A stretch of 63,063 bases of DNA, filler included, from Octopus bimaculoides (lineage: Eukaryota): assembly GCF_001194135.2 (NCBI RefSeq). It is 4 parts of 3 records of this genome, joined end to end, with 100 filler letters (N's around TTAATTAATTAA, not from the genome) between each part and the next. Parts side by side here need not be neighbours in the genome. Positions count along the whole stretch, not along the records: positions 20,576 to 40,073 come from NC_068989.1; positions 40,174 to 61,783 come from NC_068989.1; 2 more parts are not named here. One strand, 5' to 3'. A program made the translations under genes and the position numbers. The notes beneath the pieces were generated by a model that saw nothing but the letters and a program-made list of their open reading frames with translations, was not told where the DNA came from and ran no database searches. Shown piece by piece: positions 38,166 to 50,654 of the stretch; the first letter of the stretch is position 1, and each line of letters begins with the position of its first letter.

Positions 38166-39056
38166 GATATATTTTAAAATATAGAGTGAAGAACTACCTT
38201 AGCATTGTTTTCGTAATTTAAAAAGAAATTACACAGAAATGGAATACTAGAAGTCTTTTATTTCAGTATTCGCTACACATACATGAACACGCAGAGACTA
38301 ACAACATACATACTTAATGGTGGTATCTCGATTTCATGCAATGTTATTAGTTGACTATTGTCTCAACCCTGAACAGTAAAGATATGGTTCCCAAGCTTTC
38401 TATGGACTTGCACCCTTTTGGAAAAAATGTTGGCAAAGATGGTTACCTCTGGCAGCAGGTGTTCAGAAAGCTTACCAATCATACCCGTCTTTACTCTCTT
38501 GTGATTTTTTTTTCTCATTTAGCGTTTTGCTTTTGCGTTTACGGCCAAAGCTTAGTATGAAACATATAATGGCGATGTTAAATATCAAGCAATGTTAGTG
38601 CATGAAGCTTTGTGAAAAGTGGAAAGGTTTTGCATAGGGTCACACTTACTCCCCAAGGATAGTATGCATTTACCCAGAGAGAAGATATAGTCTACATTAT
38701 TGAATGCAGACGAAGTCGCAAATGCTATATCATAGTTTTACTTTTCTTACAAAGATGTCTAAAACAAAAGCTTAGGGTCTCTCACTCACGATTGTAGGGA
38801 AGCCAATGATCCTAGTGAATTTATCCGAACTTTGACAGGTTTTGTTTTGGTCCTGCAGGTTTCCGGCAAATGATAACCATCTTTGTCAACGTACATACAG
38901 ACACACACACTTACATTCATATATACATACATTTATATGAAGGTTTGCGTAAGAAGCTCTTGACACTCGTGTCATGTGTATGCTCCAACTAGCATGTGTG
39001 TGTCGTTTATGTATATGTGTATATATATAGATATATATATACACACACACTCATAA

Positions 39057-39106
<50 letters not shown>

Positions 39107-40041
39107 GAGAGTGGGAGAGAAGGAGGAGAGAGGGAGAGAGGGGAGGGAGAGAGGGGAGGGAGAGATATGAGTGTGTGTGAATGTGCACAATCATTATCCA
39201 TGAAAAGCACCAGACTTATTGATTCTTCTCTAATCGAATCGGTACACACATACAACTGCATCTTAAGAGATATCCACTTACTTAGAAATAGATTATTTAG
39301 TTTGTCACTGTGAACAGAAATTTGGCTTCACAAGTACACACTCGTTTACACATTCAAATTACGTTTCGGACAGATTTACACATTTCCTAATCAATTTTGT
39401 TGCGCATATATGAGTTTGTCATATTTAAAAAAAAAAAATGTCAAATCCAAAAACCTGAAACTATGATATCAAATGTTACTTTAATGTTTCGTCAAAGATT
39501 AAAACCAATACCAAAAGGCTTTTTGTGTTCTGTATTTCTGATTCATATAAAATATTATCTGCTAACTTCCTTCGAAACACTATCCAGGTCTTCGGGTGCG
39601 CATAAATAACTTCAAACTTGAAACCGTCCATTATTGGATGAGAAGAATTTCTCTTTCCATTTGCCATCATGCTCACTGAGTAGAATTTACTAGTGAAAAT
39701 GTTAAATTCGAAGACCACACTACATTTATGGGATTTCTCTCAGGGAAGACGTTTTCTCAAATAATAAAATGTTCTAAATTTTATATCGCTATTTAAAAGA
39801 TTATCTGTCTATCAGCTACATCATTGAAACACCACCTCTTCTCTCTCACCTGTTCAAACTTACTTATCTACTCTTACTGTACACTCTTTCTGTTACTCCT
39901 TCTTTCACTGCTTCTCAAAGTTTAGCTATCAATATGTAGGCAATATTTTTTTTCAATAGTTCCTCATTGCAATTCTGACAGTTCAACAGATGAAACTATA
40001 GCAAATTTCAATAGCGTAATCTTTTACCGTATCTATCTATC

Positions 40042-40073
<32 letters not shown>

Positions 40074-40173
40074 NNNNNNNNNNNNNNNNNNNNNNNNNNN
40101 NNNNNNNNNNNNNNNNNTTAATTAATTAANNNNNNNNNNNNNNNNNNNNNNNNNNNNNNNNNNNNNNNNNNNN
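40074..40173. other. Artificial scaffold linker N44-TTAATTAATTAA-N44
   Basis: Same 100-bp structure. Confidence 0.95.
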
Positions 40174-40245
<72 letters not shown>

Positions 40246-41534
40246 AACAAAAATCCAGTATCATCCCATATACAAAGATTTTTTTTTATTTGCCAGTGAC
40301 ATCTGTTTATATTTTTTAAGTTTCTCGGAAATCAATAGGACTTTCGTATCCCTACCAGGAAAATAATATCGATTATTCACCTGTTCAGCCCCATCATGAC
40401 CTGAGACAGGCATGCATATCACTGTTATCTCAACCAACTTTTTTTCACATCTACATATGTGACCAATATTATCAACCTCTTTTATTTTCCTCTTCATACC
40501 AAAACCCGCTTAAAAACAATATATATTGCAATGCATTGTATGTTATTTTCGCATCGCCAAAAGCTTGTGTTCTGCTTAGAGTACCATTATCTCTCAAGTG
40601 TTTGAGGAAGACATTTTATTTTACTCGGTAAAATGTGTAGAGACTAGAACACCCCTATATTCTAGTCCTCTGTAAATTATATTAATATAAACACACCTAC
40701 AAGAAGTAAATCAATATAACAGCCAATAGCTGTTACTAAATTTGCATTTTTACTGATTCAGAAATTGTGTCCAACTAGATTTCCTCAATCATATTACTTA
40801 GTAGACTACACTGATGTTTGATTATTCATGGTACCCCAGATAGCAACACACTCAACAATAGCCGAGTAATTTATTCGACGAAACTCAAGTCAAACAACAA
40901 GAAAGTTTTAATCGATAATTCTACCTAGAACTATTAGACGTTTCCAAAATTGAATCTTTGATGCCAATCTATTAGTTAATGGTATATTCTCATGATACGT
41001 TAACAGAGACATCAAAAGACGTTTGTACGCATACGAGTCCACAAACAATACCGCATTATCTACATACCATTATCTCAGTTTTAAACCCTGCCCTACCTTC
41101 ACCTTTTACTGTCTTCTACCCAGAACAATCCGAGGTTCAATTTCAGAAAGTGCTCCGATAATGACCAAACTGATTCTATGTTAATAGCGTGTGCAATTAA
41201 ATATATTGTTCTACTGCTTGCTGTCATTGTGCTTCTACTGTACTGGGACACCACTATGAAGAGTGTACTTTATAACACCAACTCCGTTAATTAATTTAGA
41301 TTTGTACTTATTTTATCTACTTTAATAATTTGTGGAACCACTTCGTTAAAAGTGTTAAAGTGACGCAAAATAACACCTGCTTTAAACTGACACGACAATA
41401 AACACACGTACATATACAAACGCACCCACAAAGTACACACAAATGCATGCACACGCACATGTAAACGCACATGTAAACGCACAGATACACAGTTATGTAG
41501 AGATAGAAAGTGTGAGAGAGTCAGAGAGAGAGAG

Positions 41535-41593
<59 letters not shown>

Positions 41594-42989
41594 AACGTGA
41601 CACAAAAGTGCAGGAGAAACAGAGTAGAGAGAGACATTCATTCTGGGACTTAGCATTTCGCGCCTTTATGAAGATTTTCTCACCTCGGACTTTTATTTTA
41701 AAATACTTTAGTTTATACTCAGACCCAGGATGGTAAGTTTTTATCCATTATTATTTGACAATAATAATGTTCTGCCGCTTTCAAACATGATCTGATATTG
41801 AACGAATCAATGTGTATCTATCTTTGGCTTCAGTGAGGAAGTTGCATAGAGTCAGACGCACAACTTCCTTCCAGTTTAAGCTGGAATGCTTCATGCTGCA
41901 TTTGCAGTGTCGTACTAATTCTTAGAATAATACGATTTGCTTTGGCTTCACTGATATTTCTTCAGTGGGTTGCGGTTTTTGGAAGGTCAGGCTGCAATCC
42001 TAGCCAAGAACAAAGCATCAAGTACACGAAATTATTATTTGATATGTTTTTATCTATGGATTTTTTGCCTGATTGAATCTGCCTGAATGGCTAAACCCTC
42101 AACCGTTCTTAGTCTTAGTTTTAGAGAAAATAACACATTCTTTTACAACGGCCAAACACCATGTACTTTAAGGTAAAATTGTGGGGATAATACATTCACG
42201 TTTGTACGATTTTTCTCAATTATTTTTCGTAATGAGTCCACTTTGTATATATATATAAAGAGAGAGAGAGAGAGAAACTATTTGATTTTAATAAAGACAA
42301 CATTCGATAAGATCAACTGTTGACCGCTCACATTTATGTTCAAATATGGTGTGGAAATAAAACGACAATTTATACAAGTTAGCTGAAGAAATATGTTTTC
42401 CAAACAGTTGTATTTCCCTTTACCATTATACTTTTCAAATATCACACTTATGTTGAAATGGTGGCCTAAACAATTTTACGAACTTTCGAAAAGTCTATAC
42501 AGTGTATCGACATGTAAGTTTTCAGCAGATAACTTTGCCTCTGTGTGCGTATGTGTGTGTGTATGTGTGTATGTGTGTGTGTGTGTGTGTGCGTGTGCGC
42601 GTGTGTGTGTGTGTGTGCGTGTGTGTGTGTGTATGTATGTATACATATATGCATATATACACACGTTCATTCAAGCAGAGAAAACAAGATACATTCATGA
42701 AGTAAATAACCACACACAAATTATTAACCAACATAGCTAATGCACACAAGAAAACAAACCTCACCACCTGTTATTTAATTAATGTAGAAGCAACAAATTT
42801 AGCTACAAGATTTAAAATAGAAGAGTAGAAAATCTTACCCTACGAAATCCTTTGTAACCCTAAAAGGCCATAAGGTTAGCTTCACACAAGCTGTAGTTAA
42901 AGAAATCTTGCAAAATGTGAATTAGGAATTATTAGTAAATCCTTAATAAATAATATCATACGACACATCAGAGCATACTCAAAACTTAC

Positions 42990-44280
42990 TCAATAGATAT
43001 GTAGTAGTGCATCTATTGAATGGTTTAAAAAATATAAGATAAACCCACATGCAAATTTATGCAGTTTGCCAACGTGGAGTATTACCCTTCGATCTTCAAA
43101 AACTTGCTTCAAAAGGCACTTGAATCTAGTTACGATAACAAACACTGATATAGATATAATTAAGAACGGAAGGAAGCCATTACTATTTCATGATTATTCC
43201 CATTGGTTAAAAATGAATGGGAATGAGCTATTTTATGTAGCAGTTCTCTATATCTTAGATATCCTCAAAAAAGAAATAAAAGAAGCCGTCATTGGTTTAT
43301 ATAGGGACGATGGCATAAGAGTGGTATACAATAAAAAAAGACGGACACGATACCCATGGATAAGTAAAATATTATGCGAAATATTTAGCCAATTAGATCT
43401 AAAAACCACAATTAGTATCAACCTTAAAGAAATCAATTTTCTATATATCATCATGAACCTTAACACAGAAAAATTCAAACCCTAACACAGACCAGATGAG
43501 GAAGCCTCGAACTACACCAGCAAATATAAAACAATTACTTAATAACATTAGAATGCGCGTCTCCAATATATCCGCCGAGAAAGACACTTTTGAAAAAGTC
43601 ACACTATACTATAATTATGCATTAGAAATGTCCAACTTCTAGAATAAAAGAAACTACATTGAATTAAGTTTAGGTAGACCAAGAAGACACATAGAGTGGA
43701 AATGTTATGGGTCAACTCACTTTATAGCATGATTTTAGCCTGTAACATAACTAGAAAATTCTTTAAATTAATAATGACTTTCTACATTCACACATAATTC
43801 ATAAGATCTTCCCAAGAAATATTGTTAAAATTAGCTATAGTTGCCTCCCCAATATAGGGTCGATACTACTCAACCACAATGAAAATAAACCCATAAGGAA
43901 GGTTCCTGTAACTAGTTCCCCAAATTGTTGTCATCTAAATAATAGCTGTCTGGAAAAATAACTTCTATACAAGGCCAAATTCATAGGAGTAACAAATCAT
44001 ACATCGGAATGTCGAACAACTCGTTCAAGGGAAGATACACACATCATTCAGGGACAAGAATAAATGACATGTGGCATCCCTACCCTATCTAATATCAAGT
44101 GGATATTGAAAGGAGGTGGAGTAAGCAACGTCCAGATAACACGGAGTATTGTGGCTAAAACCAGAATACAAGGAAAGGGTAACAAATGCAAGCTTTATAT
44201 CAATGAAAAGTTATATATCATCCAGTCAAAAGATATTTTAAACATTAGAGATTAAACCTTCTCTCCCGGCATACACAATC
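42990..44280 (+). mobile_element. Degenerate Penelope-like element, RT plus C-terminal GIY-YIG (possibly Hydra clade)
   Basis: KFMQFANVEYYPSI (motif A), IGLYRDDG at 43291-43314, INLKEINFL, KISYSCLPNIG, KSYIGMSNNSFKGRY, EKLYII. Confidence 0.85.
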
Positions 44281-44854
44281 AATGTTTTTCACTCCCACAT
44301 TTCAAAGAGGAACCCTGCCACCGCTGATCCCATCACAATAGTTTTTTTCTCTGAATGGAAACATTCAATATTTACGACAGACAAACACCACATATAGAAG
44401 GTACATACCCCCCACCCACCAGACACACACCACCACTATGATTTCCCTCAGCACAAAGACATGCCAACATTACACACAGCCATTATATATTATTTGATAT
44501 AAGGCAAACAAATTCATCATCAAACAGTTTTTTCCCCAAAATATCAAACCCAATGGAGATAATCACTCACAAGGTGTCATCCGAAAGAAGCGCCCCTCGA
44601 TTTCTTCTTTTGTTTCTGAGTCTTTATTGAAAATTCCCCTGAATTTTCGTGTTTTCATCCAAAATAGAGACGAAAACCATTCTTCCATGTGATCGGCTGG
44701 AAAAATTAAGATATATGTCTGAATATGAAACCAACGGTACTCTTACTATATACACAAATGTTATCTCCCAATGCGGTGTTCAACACTCATTCTCATTGTT
44801 CTCATGTATGTATATATATATATAAACGTACCGACACAATACAAATAATGTATT

Positions 44855-45000
44855 ATGTCCGACTAGTTTCGTTCAGTTTCCGATTATCAAAACTCTCACA
44901 AATTTTTGCTCGTCCAGGACAAATAGTTGAAGACAATTAGCCAATGTACCATATAGTGGGACTGAACCGAAAACCATGTTTGGAAAGCAAGCTCCTTAAC
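44855..45000 (-). mobile_element. Degenerate family C SINE head and CORE
   Basis: TTCAGTTTCCG..GAAGACA..AGTGGGACTGAACC..AACCATG..AAGCAAGCT. Confidence 0.7.
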
Positions 45001-45947
45001 CTTTGATACATTTTAACACTTTATAACGCCTTTAATTTTAAGAGGCACAGTTATCAGCAATGATTATTTGGAGTGATAAGGCTACATCTCAATTACATTG
45101 CTCAAGTAACCGCCACAGATCCACCAAATGGAACTTCGAAATTTAGCAGAAGTTATAGAGTTATTTAAGGACCAAACTTTTCTTGCATTTTCACTTACCA
45201 AATGTCAACGCACGGAATTCGCGGCCATTGACTAACTGTCTAATTTCAGTTGATTGCCAACTGGCTGAGCGAGGAAGACCATCTCCGACCGTTGCCCATG
45301 GAACATGTTAGCAATAGCCAGGCATGAGGTTACTGGACCGGGTTCCCGCACGTGATTTCCATGCTCGCCGCTGCGCCGTCGTACTTAACTGAGCACAGGA
45401 AAGTCATGACTCTGGCGATCGCACAACCTAAAATTCTAGCTACACAATGACTTGCACAATACGTCTCTAATTGACATGATCCAGACACATGTAAGGACAC
45501 AATATGCGTCGCACACACGCACACGCACACGCACATACGCACACAGATACGAACACACACACACACATGCGCGAGTGTGATGGGGTGTTGTACGAATACA
45601 GAGGCTACATAGTAGCTGTTTGAATCTCTCAGATTATAATCTTGTCCAATGCCATCTGTTAAGATCATGGCGATCGAATTCATCGTAATGTAGGGGAAAA
45701 ACGAGATAAAACTTCATACAAATGTTTTAATCCGCCATTCAGTGTTAACTCTGAAAAAGTCTACTTCGTTTGAAACCTACCAACACAAAAAAACATTATA
45801 CACACTTATACACACACACATACAAACATACATGTACACGCGCACACGCATACATATGTCGACGCACAGTTATATACTAATATATATTCGCGCTTCTGAG
45901 CATACATATACACTGTCATATATTTTGATAGGCACACAAACACAGGT

Positions 45948-45982
<35 letters not shown>

Positions 45983-48747
45983 NNNNNNNNNNNNNNNNNN
46001 NNNNNNNNNNNNNNNNNNNNNNNNNNNNNNNNNNNNNNNNNNNNNNNNNNNNNNNNNNNNNNNNNNNNNNNNNNNNNNNNNNNNNNNNNNNNNNNNNNNN
46101 NNNNNNNNNNNNNNNNNNNNNNNNNNNNNNNNNNNNNNNNNNNNNNNNNNNNNNNNNNNNNNNNNNNNNNNNNNNNNNNNNNNNNNNNNNNNNNNNNNNN
46201 NNNNNNNNNNNNNNNNNNNNNNNNNNNNNNNNNNNNNNNNNNNNNNNNNNNNNNNNNNNNNNNNNNNNNNNNNNNNNNNNNNNNNNNNNNNNNNNNNNNN
46301 NNNNNNNNNNNNNNNNNNNNNNNNNNNNNNNNNNNNNNNNNNNNNNNNNNNNNNNNNNNNNNNNNNNNNNNNNNNNNNNNNNNNNNNNNNNNNNNNNNNN
46401 NNNNNNNNNNNNNNNNNNNNNNNNNNNNNNNNNNNNNNNNNNNNNNNNNNNNNNNNNNNNNNNNNNNNNNNNNNNNNNNNNNNNNNNNNNNNNNNNNNNN
46501 NNNNNNNNNNNNNNNNNNNNNNNNNNNNNNNNNNNNNNNNNNNNNNNNNNNNNNNNNNNNNNNNNNNNNNNNNNNNNNNNNNNNNNNNNNNNNNNNNNNN
46601 NNNNNNNNNNNNNNNNNNNNNNNNNNNNNNNNNNNNNNNNNNNNNNNNNNNNNNNNNNNNNNNNNNNNNNNNNNNNNNNNNNNNNNNNNNNNNNNNNNNN
46701 NNNNNNNNNNNNNNNNNNNNNNNNNNNNNNNNNNNNNNNNNNNNNNNNNNNNNNNNNNNNNNNNNNNNNNNNNNNNNNNNNNNNNNNNNNNNNNNNNNNN
46801 NNNNNNNNNNNNNNNNNNNNNNNNNNNNNNNNNNNNNNNNNNNNNNNNNNNNNNNNNNNNNNNNNNNNNNNNNNNNNNNNNNNNNNNNNNNNNNNNNNNN
46901 NNNNNNNNNNNNNNNNNNNNNNNNNNNNTATATACATATATATATACACAGAGACACATATATACATATCTACATATACATACATACAAATACACATACG
47001 TACGTACATACATACATACATATATACATACATACATACATATATACACACAGATAGACATCTCTATGAACATATATAAATGAATACATATGCATACATT
47101 GATGGGGCCTAGCACCATTTGTATTACTATCACTGTATCTAGTCATGTTATTTCATATAGATGTACACAATATACAAACTCACAAGCACAGATATCTCAT
47201 TACGAAAAGTAAAACCTTATATTCACACGCTGATATATGACCTACATTGGACCCCTTATTCACATGTATCTGTATGAATTTATGCTGTGTATGATTGTAC
47301 GTGTGAGTATCAAGAATGGTGGATTGATTCATTTTATGCAAACACTAGTTGTTTAAACTATTACTATTTGTATGTCAAAATATACTATCCTCTTTGAATG
47401 TCATAACTTAAATGACATCAGAAATAATATATATATACGTTTAGTGAAAGAGGCTTTGGAAGTAAGATATCCCCCAAACACATACATAATTTTCAGTATA
47501 TCATGGTTCAGCTTCTTCGTATTTCTCTCGCTTTCTTTCTTTCTTTCTTTCTTTATTGATTTATTTATTTAGCTTTCTTCGTCTTTTTGTACGGGATTGT
47601 GGAGGTAGTTGTTGTAATATTTATCGTCTTATTTAGCGAAATATGTGAACATCCGTTCATGGGTATACTCGTAACTGCTTTTTAACAAACAGAAAGATTT
47701 CAATCTGTAGCAATATATCGTTGACCAAATACCTACATATTCAAAAAGCTTTCGAGAAACAGGGACACTTAACAGAAAACCCTGATAAATCTTCTACACA
47801 GAAACATTTTGAAATCGGTTGTTCAAAAAGGGAAGCAGAAATATTATTTCTTAAGAGCATTTGAATTGGAAAGAAACCCATTGTTCCTGATGTAATGCAT
47901 CTGGAAGATGGTTTGTTTGCGCTTAACATCCGTTGAATGTTGACGGAACAGACCTATGTCCAAAGGTAACCCAGCTATGACAAACAATTTTTTACTAAGA
48001 AGTATCTAAATTATTCTCTACTTTTTTCCATGCTGAAAAAGTTCAGGGTCTGATTTGAGAACAAATTAGCAGTTATTTCTAGCTTTTCGATCTGCCACGT
48101 ATTTGAAAGAAAGATATACCCTTGCTGATCATTCATTTTGACCGCTAACTATCTTTGATTGAAGAGTTCGACGAAGAATTCGTTATTTAGGGAACATTCT
48201 TGAGGTCCTTATATAATTAGTTGAAAATAGTTTATATAGGATTAATGAAGGCACTTCAAGTCTCTCACCTGAGAGACCTTCCTTTGATTAATTCGGTCTT
48301 GAATAGAATTTGAAGATGGAACTTTCAACATAGGGCAAATACTAATTAACGATACAGTCCTGCGGTTACAGAAAAAGGAAGCATGCGCACTCTTGGTATT
48401 TGCTTACTGTCAGTTTTGGATGTATTTACAAAACAAGAAGAGTTGTCTGTGGAAATAATATAATAATCGACACGTCTAAAGCTTGATACTTTAGTTTTTA
48501 ATAATAAACAATCGCGTATTTAAATGCTAGGAGAGCCCAGTATGCACACCAGTTATTCATATGTTACGCAAAGTTCGGACAAACCAATGGTCGATATTAG
48601 ATTATATAGATTGTATCCAACTGACATCAATATATATCTTCCATGATAGATTTTTTAAAGTGATTGCAGTTACTAACGGAGAATGCTATCGGTTAAACAC
48701 AATGTCAAATACAAATTTCAGTGTGATTAGAAACATCACATTATATC

Positions 48748-48834
<87 letters not shown>

Positions 48835-49699
48835 NNNNNNNNNNNNNNNNNNNNNNNNNNNNNNNNNNNNNNNNNNNNNNNNNNNNNNNNNNNNNNNNNN
48901 NNNNNNNNNNNNNNNNNNNNNNNNNNNNNNNNNNNNNNNNNNNNNNNNNNNNNNNNNNNNNNNNNNNNNNNNNNNNNNNNNNNNNNNNNNNNNNNNNNNN
49001 NNNNNNNNNNNNNNNNNNNNNNNNNNNNNNNNNNNNNNNNNNNNNNNNNNNNNNNNNNNNNNNNNNNNNNNNNNNNNNNNNNNNNNNNNNNNNNNNNNNN
49101 NNNNNNNNNNNNNNNNNNNNNNNNNNNNNNNNNNNNNNNNNNNNNNNNNNNNNNNNNNNNNNNNNNNNNNNNNNNNNNNNNNNNNNNNNNNNNNNNNNNN
49201 NNNNNNNNNNNNNNNNNNNNNNNNNNNNNNNNNNNNNNNNNNNNNNNNNNNNNNNNNNNNNNNNNNNNNNNNNNNNNNNNNNNNNNNNNNNNNNNNNNNN
49301 NNNNNNNNNNNNNNNNNNNNNNNNNNNNNNNNNNNNNNNNNNNNNNNNNNNNNNNNNNNNNNNNNNNNNNNNNNNNNNNNNNNNNNNNNNNNNNNNNNNN
49401 NNNNNNNNNNNNNNNNNNNNNNNNNNNNNNNNNNNNNNNNNNNNNNNNNNNNNNNNNNNNNNNNNNNNNNNNNNNNNNNNNNNNNNNNNNNNNNNNNNNN
49501 NNNNNNNNNNNNNNNNNNNNNNNNNNNNNNNNNNNNNNNNNNNNNNNNNNNNNNNNNNNNNNNNNNNNNNNNNNNNNNNNNNNNNNNNNNNNNNNNNNNN
49601 NNNNNNNNNNNNNNNNNNNNNNNNNNNNNNNNNNNNNNNNNNNNNNNNNNNNNNNNNNNNNNNNNNNTATATGTACGCACACACACGCACATGTATGTA

Positions 49700-50654
49700 T
49701 ACATAGGGTGGAAGGCTGGGAGGCGAGATAGGAGGGAGTGATATGAGAGAGGGTTGGAGTAATGGAAAGGTAGGAGTGAGAGTGACGGTTTATTGGATGG
49801 AGAGGATGGGGAAGGTTGTGTGTAATGGCATCGGGTCGCACTGGATGAAAGAGTGAGTGAAGTTTATGTTGTTTAGTGCGAGTGAGTAAGTCATGGATAA
49901 TGTGGTTTAAATGGAGAATAAAGCGTAAAATAGAGTGAGCAACGGAGGCTAGGCAGCAGAAAGAGTGGTGGCAGAAGCGAGAGAGTGAAGTATGTCAAAT
50001 GTGTGTATTTTGGAAAGCTTAGAACGAATGGTGGCTCGCATGATATGACAGAATGTGGAGCGGATTGTGGTTAAGATGGCAAAAGCAGAATGGGATGTAG
50101 GGTGGAAACAAAGACGGAAACCTTTGGGGATGAGGTTGTGATGAAGGCAGTGACTGAGTAGGGAAACGTTACTAGAGAAACGTGTTTTTTGTTTTTTTCT
50201 GAAAATGAATAGGGAAAGATTAGTAGAAGGTGGAACGCAGCAGAAAAGAGGGAAGGAAACGTGGTGATATATTTTTTGAGGCAGTGGTAAAGATGAAGGA
50301 GGAAGCATTTATGATTAGGAAGGAAGACAAGGAGAAAAACATTTTAAATGGAGAGAATATGGCAAAGTTATTCACGCATGGATTTCAAAGGTTGAGACAG
50401 TTTAACACTTACGGTAGATTAGTGCGATTTACATCAATGAAAATTGCCAGTAATATCCATGGACATATGGACATGGAGCCCGAAAGAGTACGAAGGTCCA
50501 ATGGTAATCCAGGTGGAGTGCTGGTTATTTGGATGAGAAGAGGCATCGAAAGTTCGGAAAGTATGATAGTTAAGACAGAGTCCAATAGAGTAATAAAATA
50601 GGCAGGATCTGTCAAAACGCTAAAAATAACTGACAAACAAAAAAAAAAAAACAA
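49700..50654 (-). mobile_element. Penelope-like element 5' part (N-terminal ORF region) with a putative intron at 50199-50412
   Basis: TRFSSNVSLLSHCLHHNLIPKGFRLCFHP resembles PLE N-termini as recalled; GT-AG intron joins two track ORFs in frame. Confidence 0.65.

Noticed and set aside
40261-40497. piggyBac-like transposase fragment (GRDTKVLLIS..LYMG)
   Set aside because: Resemblance is too weak; no catalytic motifs, TIRs or TTAA evidence
41820-42000. Run of short hairpins suggesting a structured ncRNA
   Set aside because: Stems are only 5-9 bp, with no H/ACA, C/D or other family motifs; compatible with chance
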